Shown: piece after piece, positions 57,673-64,000 of the stretch
How the letters are laid out: every line of letters starts with the position of its first letter
How positions within the stretch are numbered: the first letter of the stretch is position 1
NCBI GenBank assembly: GCA_964016885.1
Contig: OZ024759.1
Location: forward strand, 18,538,001-18,602,000
DNA: 64,000 nt
Direction: 5' to 3'
DNA from: Eledone cirrhosa
Taxonomy: Eukaryota
Position numbers and translations under genes: made by a program
Notes under the pieces: generated by a model
The model's database searches: none
Told to the model about the DNA's origin: nothing
Seen by the model: the letters and a program-made list of their open reading frames with translations, nothing else

Positions 57673-58876
57673 ATCCCTGCAAAATAATCAAGGTTTTGAC
57701 TGTTAGGTAATAGAAATAAAAACCAGCAACCAGTATTTTACCTCAAGAGACATGGAATGAAGACATTTCCTGCCAGATATTATAATTGATATTTAGTTTG
57801 CGGCATTCACTTTCAGTTTTTCTTTCATTTTTATTTGTATTAGCTTTAATAATATCCTGAACTTTAAATGTCAAATGCAAACCCAGACGCAAGAACACAT
57901 CTCACTTGCTCCACGCCGCTCGACTCCAATAGTTTTTTTTATGTTATTGATAAAGCAGTATTCTTTCTCGAAATCTAGATTATAGAATTCCTGGAGTTAC
58001 ATTCTTGGAAATAATCTAATATATTTGCTTTAAGAATTTTTTTTATTTATTTTGCTTTAAGCTTTCTGTTAACTTTCGACTTGGCCTCACGGCGATTGGG
58101 TGGAGGGTGACATAGGCACAATATGGATATTCTACGAATTTTCATGTCAATATAAAAGATATCAAAGCGGCGAATTAATAATGCTTTTAGGTATTCGTAC
58201 CGTCTCTCCCCACCCTGCGTTCAAATCACGCCTAATTCAAATCTATTTTTCATTCTTTCCAGGCCGATAAAAGAAAGTATCAGTCCAGATCCGGGATCGA
58301 TTTATCCTCTTTATATCAGTGTTTTACGCCCTCTCGTGTCACTATCTCTCTTCACACATCTTCTCTATCAGAGGAAATCAGCTGCGTTCACACATAGAAA
58401 GGGGATAGGGGTCACCAGATTTTAAATGCCCCAATCCCGCCGTATGTCGTACAGTGCCCCTACGATACAATTAGGTGTTACATGCCCGAAATTCATATAA
58501 GTCAAATGAGAAGTTGACACCGTCTTAACTATTTTGCTAAAAACAGCCGAAACCGTCTCTGATTCTATGAAACAAAACCACGTTATTAAAACGTTTCTTA
58601 TTAAAACTAATATATTCTAACATAAGAAAAATGAGTTAAGTTAATATCTTCGTAATGAAATCCTTGTTAATTTTAATAAACATCTCACAATTATGTATTA
58701 ATTTACTGAAATATATTGACTAAATAACATAGTCTTAATAACGGGGCGTATAAACCCAAACGGAAATAAAGATGGGTATCACACATTGGATTAAGATTGT
58801 GTCATTTAGTCAAATGTTACGGCGAAGCTTTATATTTCTACTTTACACTTCGCTTATCACTTTCTAAACATAGTTC

Positions 58877-58914
<38 letters not shown>

Positions 58915-58918
<4 letters not shown>

Positions 58919-59020
58919 TTAATATAGATGAGATTCTACAGGACTAGAACTGTTTCATTCTTTAGAAATCATCAGAGTACCTTACTTACTGTGGTTACCT
59001 CCGATTCAACCCGGAATAAC

Positions 59021-59022
<2 letters not shown>
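58915..59022. mobile_element. Family F1 inversion junction in (TA)n
   Basis: Minus-strand hammerhead arm (58918-58974) fused directly to a plus-strand F1 tail GAGTACCTTACTTACTGTGGTTACC. Confidence 0.65.
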
Positions 59023-59103
<81 letters not shown>

Positions 59104-59110
<7 letters not shown>

Positions 59111-59358
59111 TAGAGTCACGACCGGACGGCTGAGCTCCGGCCGTTTCAACAGCTAGACCCTAGTGGTACAGTTGGCAAGAGTGCTCGACGTTGTAGCTTC
59201 CATTGTGAAGTTGCAGGTTCGTTCCTTATCAGGGATTGAAGAATTAAATTTATTTTTACGAGAGTTCGGATCTAGCTGTCGAAACGGCCGGAGCTCAGCC
59301 GTCGGGGTCCCGACTCTTTTCATATTACCCACTCTTCTACCCTAAGTATCGAGTACTC
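59104..59358. mobile_element. Family F3 inverted arms (59104-59160, 59268-59325) enclosing a tRNA-like filler
   Basis: Arms GACGGCTGAGCTCCGGCCGTTTC / GAAACGGCCGGAGCTCAGCCGTC; the filler has A-box TGGTACAGTTGG and B-box-like GGTTCGTTCC. Confidence 0.6.
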
Positions 59359-59570
59359 TTTTAGCATTTAAACAGGCCACAATTCTCTCACCTCTTTCTG
59401 TTCAATCCATGCCGTAACTTCCTACTCATACTAATGTTAAGGCATTGTTCTCAAAGCAAATAATATCAAAATCTCGTATATTCGATATTATGTGAGATAA
59501 TTATGAGATAAAGTGTTTACTGTGAAAATACAATGGTAAATATAGAGTAATGTAAATGTTAAAGGGTTAA
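59355..59570. mobile_element. piggyBac-type MITE
   Basis: CTTTTAGCATTTA ... AATGTTAAAGGGTTAA; homologous to 3669-4214. Confidence 0.6.
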
Positions 59571-60139
59571 ACTTTAATCTGTACTAATAGTATATATATA
59601 GGTGTGTGTGTGTGTGTGTGCGTGTGTGTGTGTGTGTGCTCACCTCCAGAAATGTATATTATACAAGTATTTGTGACGCAATGCAGAGTGTACCCAGAGA
59701 AACGCCTGGGAATACTTTCAGCAAATGCTTCATCGCCAAATCGCAAACAAAGCAAACTACTGAATAATTTACATTCTAGTATATTCAAGCAAAGAGTAGT
59801 CAAAAATACGAACCATATTAGAAACTTTTCAAGTTTTCTAAGACGTCAGCATTTTCTCTGTATCCTATTGAACATTTACCAAAAATAGACGAATCTATGA
59901 TTTAAATCAAAGGATTAGGGAAAAGAAAGAGAACGTGTTGGCAGTATGAATCATGAGATTTATGTAAGCTTCTACCGCCAAATTCAAGATGACTCGAGAA
60001 AGAAATATATTTTGATAAACGACGAAGTTTTCCTTTATGCTACAAGAAGGTTGACCAAACTATTCTTTGATGGAAAACATCGATAACATCAGAATAGTCA
60101 TTAAACCTGCAAGCAGTACATATTTATGTGTATTTGCAT

Positions 60140-60170
<31 letters not shown>

Positions 60171-60910
60171 AACATACACACACACACACACATATATATA
60201 TACACTTATATATATATATATATATACATACATATATATATATATATATATACATACATATATATATACACACATATATATATACATACATATATATATA
60301 CATACATATATATATACACATACATATATATACACACATACATATATATACACACATACATATATATACACACATACATATATATACACACATATATATA
60401 TAAATACATATATATATATATATATACGGATATACATATATATATGTATATATATATACGGATATACATATATATATATACATATATACATATATATACA
60501 TATATACATATATACATACATATATATATACATACATATATATATACATATATACATACATATATATATATACATACATATATATACATATATACATATA
60601 TATATATACATATATACATATATATATATACATATATACATACATATATATATATATAAATATACACATATATATACATACATATATACATATATATAAT
60701 TATATATATATACATATAAAGAATTAGTATATCTACCAACATATATATACAGATGCATACCTATGCAACCAAATATATAGGTTTTCTCTTAGTAACTTTG
60801 TGGTTCGATGCAAGGGGATGCAGAACAATTATATGAAAGACGTAAAATAAGAAAATTATAGTAATTATAGAAATTTAAGTAAGTTAATTACTATAATTTT
60901 CTTATTTTAC

Positions 60911-60949
<39 letters not shown>

Positions 60950-61079
60950 ACATATACATATATATATATATATATACATACATATACATATACCTACATA
61001 TACATATATATATATATACATATATATATATACATATATATATACATACATATATATATACATATATACATACATATAC

Positions 61080-61126
<47 letters not shown>

Positions 61127-61171
61127 CATACATATATATATATATACATACATATATATATATATACATAC

Positions 61172-61206
<35 letters not shown>

Positions 61207-61211
61207 CATAC

Positions 61212-61246
<35 letters not shown>

Positions 61247-61251
61247 CATAC

Positions 61252-61286
<35 letters not shown>

Positions 61287-61352
61287 CATATATACATATA
61301 TATATACATATATATATATACATATATACATATATACATATATACATACATA

Positions 61353-61388
<36 letters not shown>

Positions 61389-61403
61389 CATATATATACA
61401 TAT

Positions 61404-61444
<41 letters not shown>

Positions 61445-61463
61445 TACATACATATATACATAT

Positions 61464-61504
<41 letters not shown>

Positions 61505-61511
61505 TACATAT

Positions 61512-61568
<57 letters not shown>

Positions 61569-61577
61569 CATATATAC

Positions 61578-61608
<31 letters not shown>

Positions 61609-61731
61609 CATATATACATATATATATATACATATATACATATATATATATATACATACATATATACATATATATACATACATATATACATATACATATA
61701 TATATATATATACATACATATATACATATAC

Positions 61732-61766
<35 letters not shown>

Positions 61767-61823
61767 CATATATACATAGAGGGAGAGATTTATGCATATA
61801 TATATATATTTATACACCCACTC

Positions 61824-61865
<42 letters not shown>
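60140..61865. repeat. (TA)n/(TACA)n microsatellite blocks with an embedded 28-bp-arm hairpin at 60840-60912
   Basis: Direct reading. Confidence 0.9.
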
Positions 61866-61866
<1 letters not shown>

Positions 61867-62387
61867 TGTATATACTGCCGTAGTTTCGTGTCATTTTTGT
61901 TGATGATTATATATATTTACATATGCCCACCCCCTCTCCCTCTCTCTGTGTGACGCACACGCACTCATACAAATCATGTAGGTGAATAAATAACTATTCT
62001 GCAGTGCAATAGGATATAGCAAGCAATCTTAAGACGAATTATAGCTATTAAGTTTGGAGTGAATAATCAACTAAAAGAGAGAGGTTCTCAAAAACTAAGA
62101 CTAGCCACAACAAAATACATCTACCGTCAAAGACTAATCACCCGTGAAACACGTGTATATATGTATACACACACATATATGCATATATATATATATATAT
62201 ATATATTCCACGTAGATGCACTCCATCATGCACTTTTCTAAAAAAGATAGATCATACAAAAAACGCGAGCACCAACAGTTTTGCAAGAGATGTCAGCATG
62301 AATGGACCTGTTATTTTTATTTAAAGACTTTTTTCCAATTCCAACCAACCCGCCCGTCCCCTCAATCTATCTTATTTCTCATTCTTT

Positions 62388-62421
62388 CTTCTGATGAAGG
62401 ACTAACGTCCGAAACGTCAAG
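62388..62421 (+). ncRNA. Minimal type I hammerhead ribozyme motif (F6)
   Basis: CTT-CTGATGA-aGGAC taac GTCC-GAAA-CG-TC-AAG: canonical core, 4-bp stem II, palindromic ACGT stem III, GUC triplet. Confidence 0.75.
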
Positions 62422-62524
62422 TCCCTCTTCCTGCTATATCAAGCATTAACCTAATATATCCCTTCCAGATACTGTACCGATTGTGTTGTTATTTCTGTTT
62501 ACCTTTTACATACATATATATATA

Positions 62525-62887
62525 CAGATGGTGGATGGGTGCTACACGAGAATGCTGAGGATGGCTCTGAACATTAATCAGTATACACTGAGGATGAAAA
62601 ACTCAGAGCTGTATGGGAGCATCCCAAAGGTAAGCTCAAAAGTGACACAGAGGAGACTGAGGTTAGCTGGACATGCTCACCGACATCCAGAGTTGACATT
62701 GCACTCAGTGCTCCTTTGGGAGCCCCTACATGGACACACTAGAAGAGGAAGACCAAGGTTAACGTATGTTGATGCCCTAAGGACAGACACTGGTCTGTTG
62801 GAGACGCAGGACATGGCAGCGATGATGAGGGACAGAGACTGCTGGAGAGAACTCGTCCATGGATCTCGGGAATTTTACCCGCCTTAA
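62525..62887 (+). mobile_element. RTE-clade LINE 3' fragment, family RTE-A (longest copy)
   Basis: DGCYTRMLRMALNI..RRLRLAGHAHRHPE..LLWEP.HG..RRGRP..DRDCWR; open to the stop codon. Confidence 0.9.
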
Positions 62888-62910
<23 letters not shown>

Positions 62911-62919
<9 letters not shown>

Positions 62920-63340
62920 AGATCAAAAGATGGTTAAAGGAGTTCCATGTATTTTATTATGCGCATTTCAAAAACAAACATCATCATGCAATAATATTTG
63001 TGTTTTCATCAGATAAAACAGGAGGACATGATATGAAGGCTAAAAAACACTTGTGGATAGTGCAGTTTTAAATCAACATATCATATGTTGATTTAAAACT
63101 GCACTATCCACAAGTGTTTTTTAGCCTTCATATCATGTCCTCCTGTTTTATCTGATGAAAACACAAATATTATTGCATGATGATGTTTGTTTTTGAAATG
63201 CGAATAATAAAATACATGGAACTCCTTTAACCATCTTTTGATCTTATATATTATGTATACTCCAGTCCTACAAACTGTAGAATGCTTTTTATCCGATATC
63301 TGCATTGCTTTATTGTACTACAATAAAACTCACCTCCTAC

Positions 63341-63345
<5 letters not shown>
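62911..63345. mobile_element. 343-bp almost perfect palindrome (62911-63253, centre 63082) plus tail, family F7
   Basis: 171-bp arms with one visible mismatch; each arm has CTGATGA-long AT-rich stem II-GAAA-TGCG then AATAAA. Confidence 0.75.
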
Positions 63346-63388
<43 letters not shown>

Positions 63389-64000
63389 CCTTATCGAGCC
63401 CTCTACGGATTTTAGTCTTTACATTTATTATTACTATATATATATATATATATATATATCCCCTTCTTCTTTTCGAGTAATCTCTCATTCGAAGGTGAAG
63501 CATTCTATTTTTCTAATGGCTAGAATATATGCGGCTCACCACACCTGCATACTCATTGATTTCTCCACTAACTTGACCAGTTTTGCCAACCCATTATCGA
63601 AGTAATATTCGGTTATCTGCGAAGCCACTTGTGCTCACAGCACCGACGTCTTCTAATTAAACTGATGATTGACACATAAACTATTATAATGATTTAACTA
63701 TTATAATGATTTAAGCAGGATTTTTATCAAGGCTTTCTCCTCTATATCCGACTTATTCTGCTAGACTAACCGACGGTAGCCATATCAGAAGCACTTTATG
63801 TATTATGTGGCTCTTCACCGCATACCTAGATTTATATAATAACGAATGGAAGGATCAGAAAAGACAAGTGCGTTCGAATTCATTGTCCAGAGAGTCAGGC
63901 CTCAACCACTGCCTTCAATCAGAAATAGTTGGTTCTGCTTGTTTGCATTAATGGAAGCACAGTTTATGTCCCTGTTTAATCTGTAACTTAATTATGGCCT

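Noticed and set aside
59158-59235. Functional tRNA gene
   Set aside because: Anticodon arm and T-arm do not pair well; reported only as tRNA-like filler.
63530-63800. Possible degenerate RT fragment (GFADN on minus strand)
   Set aside because: A single short motif with nearby stops; insufficient support.

Overview
This is very AT-rich eukaryotic non-coding DNA, and I found no host protein-coding gene. A large fraction is (TA)n/(CA)n/(TATG)n microsatellite or minisatellite, which explains nearly all the YIYI/VCVC ORFs in the track. The tRNA-SINE families and a Dong/R4-type LINE suggest an octopod cephalopod genome; this is inferred from remembered repeat consensus, not verified. The only real coding sequence is retrotransposon debris: three RTE-clade 3' fragment families, CR1-group ORF2 C-termini and one R4/Dong RT-endonuclease relic. 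There are also many SINEs (several with clear target-site duplications, TSDs) and mariner-/piggyBac-type MITEs. The most striking signal is about 10 distinct short sequence families carrying type I hammerhead-ribozyme cores (CUGANGA..stem II..GAAA..UH), intact or decayed. Most are followed by an AATAAA-like tail, usually sit against (TA)n tracts, and are often arranged as head-to-head fold-back palindromes of about 75-380 bp. This fits Penelope-like-element (PLE) pseudo-LTR or retrozyme-like remnants, although no PLE RT/GIY-YIG coding sequence is visible. All motifs were read by eye and coordinates are approximate to a few bases.
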